From an uncultured bacterium (GTDB lineage Bacteria > Zixibacteria > MSB-5A5 > UBA10806), in assembly GCA_965541585.1 (NCBI GenBank), contig CBEUCH010000001.1, positions 384,001-448,000 on the forward strand: DNA of 64,000 nucleotides. The letters run 5' to 3'. Under the pieces are notes generated by a model. It was given only the letters and a program-made list of their open reading frames with translations, was not told where the DNA came from and did not search any database. The position numbers were made by a program, and so were the translations under genes. Positions within the stretch are counted from its first letter, which is position 1; every line of letters begins with the position of its first letter. Of this stretch, positions 28,600-38,137 are shown one piece after another.

Positions 28600-30235
28600 A
28601 CTCATAGTATTCAAGACCGTCGATGAGATGCCGGAGATGGCGGTCAGCCGTCAATCGATGAGCTGGAATAAGACCGGCTCCTGGCGCTCATCCACTCCCG
28701 TCCACAGAGATCAATTACCGCCATGCAATTACAACTGTCCCGCGGGTGAAGATATCCGCGGCTATATGGAACTAGTGAAAGATAAGAAGATCAAGGAGGC
28801 CTTCGAACTGTTGACTCAGGCGAATCCGCTACCCGCAGTTTGTGGCAGGGTTTGTTATCATCCCTGTCAGGCTGATTGTAATCGTCAAGGGTTCGATCTT
28901 TCCATCCGTATACGTCTGATAGAAAAATTCCTCGGGGACTGGGCGATCGACAATAAAGCCTCGCCGCCCGTATCAAAGAAAACGTCCAAAAAGATCGCAG
29001 TGATTGGGGCAGGGCCTGCCGGTCTGGCAGCTGCGTATTACCTGCGCAGGGAAGGGCTATCAGTAACGATATATGATGAAAACCAGCTGCCCGGCGGAAT
29101 TCTTCATTATGGCATCCCGTCATATCGGCTTGCAAAGGAAGTGCTGGCCGCCGAACTCTCAAGGATTCTGAGGGGAATAGAATTGAAATCAAATATGCGG
29201 TTGGGTTCCGATGTGGATGCAGGGCACCTGCTGGAATATGACGCAGTCTTTCTGGCTACAGGTGCGCATCTTTCAAAGAGGATGAATATCGAAGGGGAAG
29301 ATTTACCTGGAGTTGAAGCGGGCCTTGATTTCTTGAAAGAGGTGAACTCCGATGCCAGGATCGATCTGAAAGATAAAAAGGTTGTTGTTGTCGGCGGCGG
29401 CAATACTGCCTGCGATGTTGCCCGCACGGCCTACCGCCTGGGCGGTGATGTAAGTTTGGTTTACAGGAGAACCGAAAAGGAGATGCCCGCTTTTGCAGAT
29501 GAGATCGAGGATCTTAAATCGGAACCGGTAAAGACTGAATTTCTTGCAGCGCCGTTGAGGATAGAGAAAAACGACGATGGGACTCTCAAGATTGTTTTTT
29601 CGAGGATGAGACTCGGCGAACCGGATGAAACCGGCAGAGCCAGGCCCTTGCCGATAGAGGGATCGGATTTCTACTTGCAGGCAGATAAAGTATATTCCGC
29701 CATAGGGGAGGACCCTGATCTATCGTTCTTTCCCGAGGTACGGGTGGAGAGAAAAGACATCTTTGATTTTTCAGGTGTGGATAGGCGATTGAGCAATAAA
29801 CTTTTTGTCGGAGGAGACATTCTGCCCAATCCCAGGACCGTGCCTCATGCGGTAGGCTCAGGACGGCTGGCGGCTCTTAAGATTAGTGCATTCCTTAAGG
29901 GCGAGATCTTTAAAAAGCCGAGCGATATCGTCGAAATAGCGGGTCCGGATGACATAAATAACGCCTATTTCACCTGTATCAACGCTAAGAAATGGGAAAA
30001 GAATATTATTGTCGATGGCCGGATTCCCGATACGGATGCGGCCGTTAAGGAGGCCAGCCGTTGTTTTTCCTGCGGCGTCTGCAACAAATGTGATAATTGC
30101 TACAATTTCTGCCCCGATATGGCGGTAATTAAAACCGAAAGCGGTTATCATGTAAGTCTCGATTATTGCAAGGGATGCGGTATCTGCGCTGAGGAGTGTC
30201 CGCGTGGATCATTGAAGATGGAGTGTGGTAGTTGA
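28592..30235 (+). CDS. 2-oxoacid oxidoreductase delta subunit fused with a GltD/NfnB-like FAD/NAD(P) oxidoreductase
   Basis: Delta-type N-terminus KTGSWR..P; PC..CPAG, GAGPAG and GGGNTA; C-terminal C..C..C...CPD and DYCKGCGICAEECP. Confidence 0.88.
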   Translation: MSKLIVFKTVDEMPEMAVSRQSMSWNKTGSWRSSTPVHRDQLPPCNYNCPAGEDIRGYMELVKDKKIKEAFELLTQANPLPAVCGRVCYHPCQADCNRQGFDLSIRIRLIEKFLGDWAIDNKASPPVSKKTSKKIAVIGAGPAGLAAAYYLRREGLSVTIYDENQLPGGILHYGIPSYRLAKEVLAAELSRILRGIELKSNMRLGSDVDAGHLLEYDAVFLATGAHLSKRMNIEGEDLPGVEAGLDFLKEVNSDARIDLKDKKVVVVGGGNTACDVARTAYRLGGDVSLVYRRTEKEMPAFADEIEDLKSEPVKTEFLAAPLRIEKNDDGTLKIVFSRMRLGEPDETGRARPLPIEGSDFYLQADKVYSAIGEDPDLSFFPEVRVERKDIFDFSGVDRRLSNKLFVGGDILPNPRTVPHAVGSGRLAALKISAFLKGEIFKKPSDIVEIAGPDDINNAYFTCINAKKWEKNIIVDGRIPDTDAAVKEASRCFSCGVCNKCDNCYNFCPDMAVIKTESGYHVSLDYCKGCGICAEECPRGSLKMECGS

Positions 30236-31386
30236 AGAGGGTTATCTCCGGAAACGAGGCGGTCTCGGTAGCATTGAAGCTTTCCCGGGTACAGGTAATA
30301 TCCGCCTACCCCATAACGCCTCAGACGACCATCGCAGAGAAGCTCTCGGAGATATGCGGCTCGGGGGAACTGGATGCCAGATTCGTCAAGGTCGAGTCGG
30401 AGCATTCGGCCATGGCAACACTGATCGGGGCGGCATCGACAGGAGCACGTACCTTTACGGCAACATCTGCGCAGGGTCTGGCATTGATGCAAGAGTTACT
30501 GTTCTGGGCCTCGGGGGCAAGGTTGCCAATAGTGCTGGTCGATGTCAACCGCGCTATGGCTGCTCCCTGGACAATCTGGTGCGACCAGACCGATTCAGTG
30601 GCGCAGCGGGATACCGGCCTTATGCAGTTTTACTGCTGGTCCAACCAGGAGATCTTAGACAGTGTAATCTGCGCTTTCAAAATCGCCGAAGCGCTTTTGA
30701 TACCATGTATGATCTGCTACGATGGCTTTTTCATCTCTCACACTCATGAGGCGGTGGAAATTCCAGATCAGGATGAAATCGATAAATTCCTTCCCCGAAG
30801 AGAGGGGGGCAACCTGCTCGATACGAAGGACCCGCAGACCTTTTCGGGCGGCACCCTGCCTAATAATTTCATGGAGTTTCGCTATAAGCTCCAGAGATCA
30901 TTTGAAAGGGCGCAGGAGGAAATTGACAATACATATGAAGAATTCGGGAATAAGTTCGGCCGTCAGTATAAAGGTATCAAGCCATATTTTATCGATGATG
31001 CCGATTCGGTACTCGTAGCTTCCGGCTCGGCGTCATCGACGGCTTTTCATACTGTACGAAACATGCGCAACGCGGGGAGGAAAGCGGGACTTTTAAGAAT
31101 CCGGCAGTTAAGGCCCTTTCCGCAGGCTGAGTTTCTGTCGTTATTGAGACCGGACGTATCGTATGGGATTCTGGATCGCAATCTCTCGCCCGGTGCAGGA
31201 GGTGTGTTCACCCAGGAAATAAGGGCGATTCTAAGTCGCAACGGAAGGCAAAACAGGGTGAGTGAATTCATAGCTGGATTGGGCGGAAGAGATATTACTG
31301 CGGAGAATATCGAGCTGATTTTTGACAGGCTGGCTGATAGCGAAATCGATAGATCGGAGATACAATGGATCGGCTTGAAAGATTGA
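30232..31386 (+). CDS. 2-oxoacid:acceptor oxidoreductase alpha subunit
   Basis: GNEA, AYPITP, ESEHSA, TATS.QGL and GLGGRD motifs. Confidence 0.93.
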   Translation: MKRVISGNEAVSVALKLSRVQVISAYPITPQTTIAEKLSEICGSGELDARFVKVESEHSAMATLIGAASTGARTFTATSAQGLALMQELLFWASGARLPIVLVDVNRAMAAPWTIWCDQTDSVAQRDTGLMQFYCWSNQEILDSVICAFKIAEALLIPCMICYDGFFISHTHEAVEIPDQDEIDKFLPRREGGNLLDTKDPQTFSGGTLPNNFMEFRYKLQRSFERAQEEIDNTYEEFGNKFGRQYKGIKPYFIDDADSVLVASGSASSTAFHTVRNMRNAGRKAGLLRIRQLRPFPQAEFLSLLRPDVSYGILDRNLSPGAGGVFTQEIRAILSRNGRQNRVSEFIAGLGGRDITAENIELIFDRLADSEIDRSEIQWIGLKD

Positions 31387-31436
31387 TTATAGAAAGCGTT
31401 TTGCGGATTTGGCCTTACTGAGGGTAACAGAATAAT

Positions 31437-32342
31437 ATGCCAGGATACGAGTTTTTTGTTGAAAGCGATTATTGCGGCCACATGGCCTGCCCGGGTTGCG
31501 GAGAGAAGATTATACTAAGACACATTCTCGGCTCCCTGGGGCCGGAGACTGTGATAGTATCGCCGGCGGGTTGTGCTGCTGTTACTGATGGTGTCTTTCC
31601 GCACTCGGTTTCGCCGGTGCCATTCCTGCACGTGCCGTTCGGGGCCACTGCCTCGGCGGCTGCCGGTGTTCGCGCCGGGCTGGATATGTTAGGACGCCAC
31701 GATGTAACAGTCCTGGCCTGGGCGGGCGACGGGGCCACGTTCGACATAGGTATGGGCCCATTATCCGCGGTGGCGGAGAGAAATGAGAATATTCTATACG
31801 TCTGCTATGACAACGAGGCTTATATGAATACGGGCGTACAGCGCAGTTCGGCGACCCCTTTCGGAAGCTGGACCACAACCACCCCCGAGGGACAATTGAA
31901 AAAGGAGCCCAAGAAAAATATTGATTTTATATTGGCGTCGCATAAGATCCCGTATGTCGCTACATGCTCCCCCGCGTTCATCGATGATATGAAGTCCAAG
32001 ACTGCCAGGGCAAAAGAGATGGCTGGATTCAGATTTCTTCATATATTTTCGCCATGCCCTCCCGGTTGGAAATCCGATCCCAAAGATAGTATTGCCATTG
32101 CGCGGCTGGCGGTGGAATCCAACGTCTTTCCGCTTTATGAGATCGAGGATGGGTCTCGATACAAGGTGTCACATAAGTCTCAGCGGCTTCCGGTATCAGA
32201 ATACCTGAAACTCCAGGGTAGATTCAGGTATCTTTCTCCGAAGGCTACGGAAATAATACAGGCTGAGGTCGATCGATTCTATGATCTGCTGCTGATGCGT
32301 CAGGAAGCAAACCAACAATCCCGGACCGTATTGGAGGAATAA
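31437..32342 (+). CDS. 2-oxoacid:acceptor oxidoreductase beta (TPP-binding) subunit
   Basis: ACPGCG, AGDG..DNEAYMNTG.Q.S and SPCP.GW motifs. Confidence 0.93.
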   Translation: MPGYEFFVESDYCGHMACPGCGEKIILRHILGSLGPETVIVSPAGCAAVTDGVFPHSVSPVPFLHVPFGATASAAAGVRAGLDMLGRHDVTVLAWAGDGATFDIGMGPLSAVAERNENILYVCYDNEAYMNTGVQRSSATPFGSWTTTTPEGQLKKEPKKNIDFILASHKIPYVATCSPAFIDDMKSKTARAKEMAGFRFLHIFSPCPPGWKSDPKDSIAIARLAVESNVFPLYEIEDGSRYKVSHKSQRLPVSEYLKLQGRFRYLSPKATEIIQAEVDRFYDLLLMRQEANQQSRTVLEE

Positions 32343-33676
32343 TGGGCAGGAAATTATCGGAGAAGGCCTTAATATACGATTGGAACAAGCGAAAGAGATT
32401 TAAATTCCGTCATAAGCGAAACCTTCAGCTCGATGATGAGACCTTAAGGGACGGACTGCAGTCGCCATCCATAACGGACCCCACTATTGAAGAGAAAATA
32501 GAATTGCTGGAATTGATGGAGCAGCTTCAAATAGACACCGCGGATATAGGATTGCCGGGTGCAGGCCCCAGGGCGCGCGCCGATATCACCACCATGGTTA
32601 AACATCTTATAGATAACAAGATGAAAATCACGCCCAACTGTGCGGTCAGAACGGTTAAACAGGATATCACCCCCCTGATAGAGATTTCGCAGAAAATCGG
32701 TTATCCGATCGAGGCCTGTACGTTTATCGGATCTTCGCCCATCAGGCAATATGCCGAAGACTGGACGCTGGATACAATGCTGAAGCTAACCGAGGAAGCG
32801 GTGAGCTACGCCGCCGGGAATGGATTGCCGGTGATGTATGTCACGGAAGATACTACCCGTGCCGATCCCGTGACACTTAAGAAACTTTACAGTACTGCCA
32901 TCAATGCCGGCGCCAAAAGAATCTGCGTTTGCGACACTGTAGGCCACGCCACACCGATCGGCGTGTATCATCTGATGAAATTTATTAGAGATCTTGTCGA
33001 CAAGCTGAATCCCAGGGTCAAGATTGACTGGCATGGCCATTCGGACAGGGGGCTTGCGATTCCAAACAGCATGGCGGCCATAGCCCAGGGAGCGGATCGA
33101 ATTCACGCCACCGCACTGGGTATAGGTGAGAGAGTCGGGAATACACCCATGGACGTGTTGTTGGTCAATCTGAATCTGGAAGGCATATATAAGAGGGACT
33201 TAAGCGCACTTGCCAGGTATTGCGAGCTGGTCTCGCAGGCCTGCGGGATTTCAGTGCCGACGAATTACCCCGTAATGGGCAGGGATGCTTTTAGAACCAG
33301 CACGGGAGTACATGCCGCAGCAATCATCAAGGCTCAGAACAAAGGTGACGATTGGCTGGCCGATAGGATTTATTCAGGTGTCCCGGCCAGTATGGTCGGA
33401 TTAAGGCAGGTAATCGAGATCGGATTCATGTCGGGAGTATCGAATATAGTATACTGGCTCAAGGTCAGGGGCATAGAACCCACAAAGCAGTTGGTTGATG
33501 AAATATTCAGGGCCGCCAAGCAACACAACCGGGTGTTGACCGAAGAGGAGATCGAGGAGCTAATAAAATTCCAATCTGACGAACAGAGGGTATTGGCCAT
33601 AGATACTCTAAGTCAGTCGGATAATGAGATTAAACCGAAAAAAAGGCGCAAAGGGCGTAAGAAAAAGAAAACTTAG
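32342..33676 (+). CDS. LeuA-family (DRE-TIM) acyl-CoA/2-oxoacid condensing enzyme lacking the regulatory domain
   Basis: DETLRDGLQ, EDTTR, CDTVG, HGHSD and GIGERVGN motifs; start overlaps the beta-subunit stop. Confidence 0.88.
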   Translation: MGRKLSEKALIYDWNKRKRFKFRHKRNLQLDDETLRDGLQSPSITDPTIEEKIELLELMEQLQIDTADIGLPGAGPRARADITTMVKHLIDNKMKITPNCAVRTVKQDITPLIEISQKIGYPIEACTFIGSSPIRQYAEDWTLDTMLKLTEEAVSYAAGNGLPVMYVTEDTTRADPVTLKKLYSTAINAGAKRICVCDTVGHATPIGVYHLMKFIRDLVDKLNPRVKIDWHGHSDRGLAIPNSMAAIAQGADRIHATALGIGERVGNTPMDVLLVNLNLEGIYKRDLSALARYCELVSQACGISVPTNYPVMGRDAFRTSTGVHAAAIIKAQNKGDDWLADRIYSGVPASMVGLRQVIEIGFMSGVSNIVYWLKVRGIEPTKQLVDEIFRAAKQHNRVLTEEEIEELIKFQSDEQRVLAIDTLSQSDNEIKPKKRRKGRKKKKT

Positions 33677-33877
33677 AACAAAACGGAGGCGACCATAATT
33701 TTCAAGCCGTTGGCTAACCCGACAATTTCCTCATATAAAAGTCTATGGGTATCCCGCCGGCACCTGTGGTCCGAAAGAAACCAGCGGCCTGTTCGGCGAT
33801 CCGAATATCGATTGGCGATACCCGTGCAAGAATCTGGCAAACAAAGGCATCTATCATGAACTATAAAAGAGGTTTTT

Positions 33878-35716
33878 ATGGCGTACCAACCGATTGAAAA
33901 TTACGGCCTGATCGGAGATATGCTTACCGTTGCCCTGGTTGGGGTGAACGGCTCTATAGACTGGCTTTGTTATCCTTATTTTGATTCCCCGAGCGTTTTT
34001 GCCGCCATACTCGATGATGAAAAAGGCGGGCGTTTTAAAATCTCGCCTTCCGCTTCCGACGGGGTCACGTTTAAACAGTTCTACTGGCCGGATACCAATG
34101 TCTTGACCACCAAGTTCTTTTCCGCCGATGGAGTTGGCGAGATTCTCGATTTTATGCCCATTAACTCATCCGGGAAAACCCAGAATGATCGTCCCTTGAT
34201 TCGCAGAGTCTGCGTTCTGAGAGGAACCGTTTCTTTTCGAATGGAGTGTTATCCCGCGTTCAATTATGCGAGAGATCGACATCAAGTCTCAATCAAGCGC
34301 GGGGGAGCTATTTTCAATTCGAATAATCTGAGCCTGGAATTATCCGCCTCATGCGAGCTAAGACAGACGGATAATGGAGTCTTTGCCGAATTTACACTGA
34401 ATGAGGGCGAGGTCACTTCCTTTGTTCTCAGAGAATTTCTGCCCGAGCCGGATGATTCTCCGCATTTCTCGCAAGAGGAGATTCAAAGGCTGTTTGATGA
34501 CACGGTGGATTACTGGCAACGATGGATTTCGAGATGCACCTATACCGGTCGCTGGCGAGAGGTAGTATACAGATCAGCATTCGTGCTGAAGTTATTGACA
34601 TTCGAGCCCACCGGCGCCATCGTGGCTTCCCCCACCTGCAGCTTACCTGAAATTATCGGCGGAGAACGCAACTGGGATTATAGATACACTTGGATTCGTG
34701 ACGCTGCTTTCACGCTTTACGCCTTGCTCCGGATCGGATTTACGGAGGAAGCCGAAAAATTCATGGGCTGGCTTGAAAAACGCTGCCAGGAACTCGATTT
34801 CGATGGCTCTCTGCAGATTATGTATACCATCAGCGGTGGCCATGAGATAAAGGAAGAGATTCTGGACCATCTGGACGGGTACATGGGTTCCGGGCCGGTT
34901 AGGATTGGAAACGCCGCTTACAAACAGTTTCAGCTGGATATCTACGGCGAGTTGATGGATTCGGTATATCTCTATAACAAGTATGGCGCGCCAATCTCGT
35001 ATGACCTCTGGACCAAACTCAGGATGATTGTCGACTGGGTATGTGAGAATTCGCAACGAAAGGACTATGGCATCTGGGAGGTGAGGAGCGAGCCGAAACA
35101 TTTTGTTTATTCCAAGCTCATGTGCTGGGTGGCGCTCGACAGGGGTCTTAGACTGGCTGACAAGAGATCGTTTCCCGCCGATCGCAGCCGCTGGCTCAAA
35201 TGCCGGGATTCGTTGTATGAAGAGATCATGGCTAAAGGCTGGAATCCCCAGAGGAAAACATTTGTCCAGCATTACGGCAGTGATAGTCTCGATGCCGCCA
35301 ATCTTATAATGCCTCTGGTTTTTTTCGTCGCACCCAACGATCCCAGGATGCTCATGACACTGGATGCGATCAGCAAATCCCCGGCAGAAGGCGGGCTCCT
35401 GTCCGGCAGCCTGGTTTACAGGTATGATATTGATAAGACAGGTGATGGTCTTGAAGGGAAGGAGGGGGCTTTCAATATCTGCACCTTCTGGTTGGTGGAG
35501 GCATTGACGCGGGCAGGAAGATCCGATGCAAAACGTCTTGATATGGCGAGAGTCATATTTGAAAGGATGCTTGGATATGCCAATCATCTGGGTCTTTATG
35601 CCGAAGAAACTGCTCAAAATGGAAAGGCCACCGGGAACTTCCCTCAGGCTTTCACTCATCTATCTCTCATTAGCGCGGCTTTTAATCTCGACAGGGCGCT
35701 CAGTGCCAGCAGATGA
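33878..35716 (+). CDS. Glycoside hydrolase family 15 (trehalase/glucoamylase-like)
   Basis: [33 protein letters not shown] and GNFPQAFTH motifs. Confidence 0.95.
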   Translation: MAYQPIENYGLIGDMLTVALVGVNGSIDWLCYPYFDSPSVFAAILDDEKGGRFKISPSASDGVTFKQFYWPDTNVLTTKFFSADGVGEILDFMPINSSGKTQNDRPLIRRVCVLRGTVSFRMECYPAFNYARDRHQVSIKRGGAIFNSNNLSLELSASCELRQTDNGVFAEFTLNEGEVTSFVLREFLPEPDDSPHFSQEEIQRLFDDTVDYWQRWISRCTYTGRWREVVYRSAFVLKLLTFEPTGAIVASPTCSLPEIIGGERNWDYRYTWIRDAAFTLYALLRIGFTEEAEKFMGWLEKRCQELDFDGSLQIMYTISGGHEIKEEILDHLDGYMGSGPVRIGNAAYKQFQLDIYGELMDSVYLYNKYGAPISYDLWTKLRMIVDWVCENSQRKDYGIWEVRSEPKHFVYSKLMCWVALDRGLRLADKRSFPADRSRWLKCRDSLYEEIMAKGWNPQRKTFVQHYGSDSLDAANLIMPLVFFVAPNDPRMLMTLDAISKSPAEGGLLSGSLVYRYDIDKTGDGLEGKEGAFNICTFWLVEALTRAGRSDAKRLDMARVIFERMLGYANHLGLYAEETAQNGKATGNFPQAFTHLSLISAAFNLDRALSASR

Positions 35717-35993
35717 GTTTCAGAGGCAAATCCTTTTGAATATCATCGGATTTATGTTCAGTAAGTTATTGTCTTTTGAGAGATAAATGAAACCGGAATT
35801 GCACATTTTTGATACCGCATCGGCTTTCGGCATCTCTGATAAAGGAATGAATCTCTTTTAGCTCAATACCTTTCTTTTCTGTACGAGTTCGGTCAGTCAT
35901 AAATTTTTAGCTGTTGAAAAGGTTTAACATAGATGGTATTGTCATGCGGTGGTCGAGAGACGAAAAGGTTGCCAGGTCTGATAGGAGAGAATA

Positions 35994-36740
35994 ATGGAGA
36001 TCTATACTGCTAAGCTGATTCTTTATACGTTCGGAATCTTCGCGATTGCAATAATCGCTGCTCTTCCTCCTCTCTTCAAGAAATGGAGCGACAGGCAGTT
36101 GCATCTATTCATAGCCTTCGGTGCCGGAGTATTTCTGGGGGCCATATTCCTGCATCTCCTGCCGGATGCCATGGCAGGGGATTCGTCCAATACGGCTAGC
36201 GGGATGATACTTCTGGGTTTTTTGATTATTCTGCTGGTGGAGAGAACTCTACTGCGGAGTCACAAATTACATTGCGGCAATGCCTGTGCTCACAATCATG
36301 AAATGGTCGGTATAACTGCCTTTATCGGACTTTCGATTCATTCCCTGACCGCCGGTTTCGCTCTCGGCGTCGGGATGACTGAGCCGGAACTGGCACTGAT
36401 AATATTTATCGCTATCATCGCGCACAAGGCAACCGCTGCATTCTCGCTTTCCACCATGTTTCGGCTGGCCGAATTTTCCAAGAAAAAGACTCTGAGCCTC
36501 ATCCTCTCTTTTTCCCTGATGACGCCGCTTGGCGCTTTAATCTCTCTTCCATTCATTTCATCATTGAGTGGTCTCAGCTTGGCGATTCCAACCGGCCTCA
36601 CGGCAGGAACGTTTCTCTACGTGGCCACACTGGATCTTTTGCCAGAGGCTTTCCACAGTGACAGGGAGCGGGTATCAACATTCGTCTGGCTGATATTGGG
36701 TGTATTCGTAATGTTCTTGATCAAATTGATCGGGGCTTGA
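35994..36740 (+). CDS. ZIP-family metal transporter
   Basis: FGAGVFLG...HLLP, His-rich loop, HS...G, IAHK and GTFLYVA motifs. Confidence 0.92.
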   Translation: MEIYTAKLILYTFGIFAIAIIAALPPLFKKWSDRQLHLFIAFGAGVFLGAIFLHLLPDAMAGDSSNTASGMILLGFLIILLVERTLLRSHKLHCGNACAHNHEMVGITAFIGLSIHSLTAGFALGVGMTEPELALIIFIAIIAHKATAAFSLSTMFRLAEFSKKKTLSLILSFSLMTPLGALISLPFISSLSGLSLAIPTGLTAGTFLYVATLDLLPEAFHSDRERVSTFVWLILGVFVMFLIKLIGA

Positions 36741-37092
36741 GGGTGCCGGGCTGTCAGGAAAACCGACCCCGATAGCTGCGATAAATAGATAATTAATGCA
36801 GCCGTTTTGAATCCTATCAATCCGGATCTATAGCCTTCTTTCGAATCTGGGAGAATTTGCTCTCAGAAAGGATAATCTCCGAAGATAAATTATTTCTCTA
36901 ATTGTGACTTTGCTGAGAAAAATACGAAAAAGCGCAGCTGTTTCTTTATGATATCTTTTTGATTACCGGGCCGCGATCCGGATAAGAAATCGTACTCTAA
37001 TTTATCCGTTTCTTTCCCCGCATAGCGGTCAGGCACGTCTTTCAGATTAATTAATAGCCTGGATGTATGATGCCAACTTCGAACATATCTCG

Positions 37093-37872
37093 CTAAGTCT
37101 GTGGTGCCGGTATCGCTGTCGACCTGATCCGATAGGCAATAATGGCGGCCAGGCTCAACATTACGCCGATAAGTTGTGTCTGACTGAGATTGAAGATATA
37201 ATTATGCGTTACATCACCCCTGAATATATCGTTAAGAGCTCTGAACAATAGATACGTCGTCAGGAAAAGCAAAAATATCTGTCCTGGGAATTTACGACGT
37301 TTTCGGACAATCAGAAAAATTATGAAAACAATTAGGCCGAAGAACGACTCGTAAAGCTGGGCAGGATGTACGAGATGCGAGACACCGTATTTTTGTGCCG
37401 CTAGACTCGTATCGGGAAATCGCACGCCGGTGAAAAAGTGAGTTTCTTTACCATAACAACAGCCTCCCAGGAAACATCCAATTCTGGTCAGGCATATCCC
37501 CAGCGCCATTGGGCTGGCGGCAAAATCGGAGATATCCCAGAAGGGGAGGTTATTTAGTCTTATATATAAGATTCCACCCGCCAGCCCCAGAATTAACCCT
37601 CCGTTAACGGCGAATCCGCCAGGGCTTAAACTGAACATCATGGATAAATCCGATTCAAATTGTGAGTAATTACTCAAAACAAAAAGTAAACGAGACCCCA
37701 AAATAGCAGTCACCTGGATTGAGATTATCAAGCCAAATAGCTTGTTTATGGAGATGTTCTTTCTCCTGTAGCTATAGATGAATAACAAAGAGCCAACGAT
37801 AAAAGACAGACTGAGCATCAACAGATAGGATGGAATGGCTATCTCACCTATTTGGAATAAGATCGGTTTCAT
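37093..37872 (-). CDS. lgt: Prolipoprotein diacylglyceryl transferase (Lgt) family protein
   Basis: M.PILF.IG N-terminus, G.RL, GG...GG, RIGCFL.GCCYG, HP.QLYE and R...D.FRGD motifs. Confidence 0.88.
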   Translation of the reverse strand: MKPILFQIGEIAIPSYLLMLSLSFIVGSLLFIYSYRRKNISINKLFGLIISIQVTAILGSRLLFVLSNYSQFESDLSMMFSLSPGGFAVNGGLILGLAGGILYIRLNNLPFWDISDFAASPMALGICLTRIGCFLGGCCYGKETHFFTGVRFPDTSLAAQKYGVSHLVHPAQLYESFFGLIVFIIFLIVRKRRKFPGQIFLLFLTTYLLFRALNDIFRGDVTHNYIFNLSQTQLIGVMLSLAAIIAYRIRSTAIPAPQT

Positions 37873-38067
37873 CTGTCAGGTCGCCCTATTATCTACCTAT
37901 CTATACAATTCTTGAATGATCTTGTTGAGCTTGCTCATATTTGGTTATGTAGACTATAGTTCCCGACAAACCTCTGCTAAGGCATTGAGCATCGCTGGTG
38001 TTATCAAATTGATAAGCAGCAATTCAACCTCTCATCTTTGCAACTCAACACCCGGGCCAGGATCAGT

Positions 38068-38111
38068 CAAAAGAATAAACAGAAGCGGGGGACCCTGTTT
38101 TGGGGCCCCCG
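38068..38111 (-). terminator. Probable intrinsic terminator after the subtilase gene
   Basis: Minus strand reads CGGGGGCCCC-AAAACA-GGGTCCCCCG followed by the T-rich tract CTTCTGTTTATTCTTTT. Confidence 0.6.
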
Positions 38112-38137
38112 ACAGCTTGAGGCGAGTGCCCGAGGAA

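Noticed and set aside
34643..35659. 338-aa minus-strand ORF
   Set aside because: It is fully antisense to the well-supported GH15 gene and has no recognisable motifs; the same applies to other long antisense ORFs such as 12897-13694, 24433-25203 and 56488-57195
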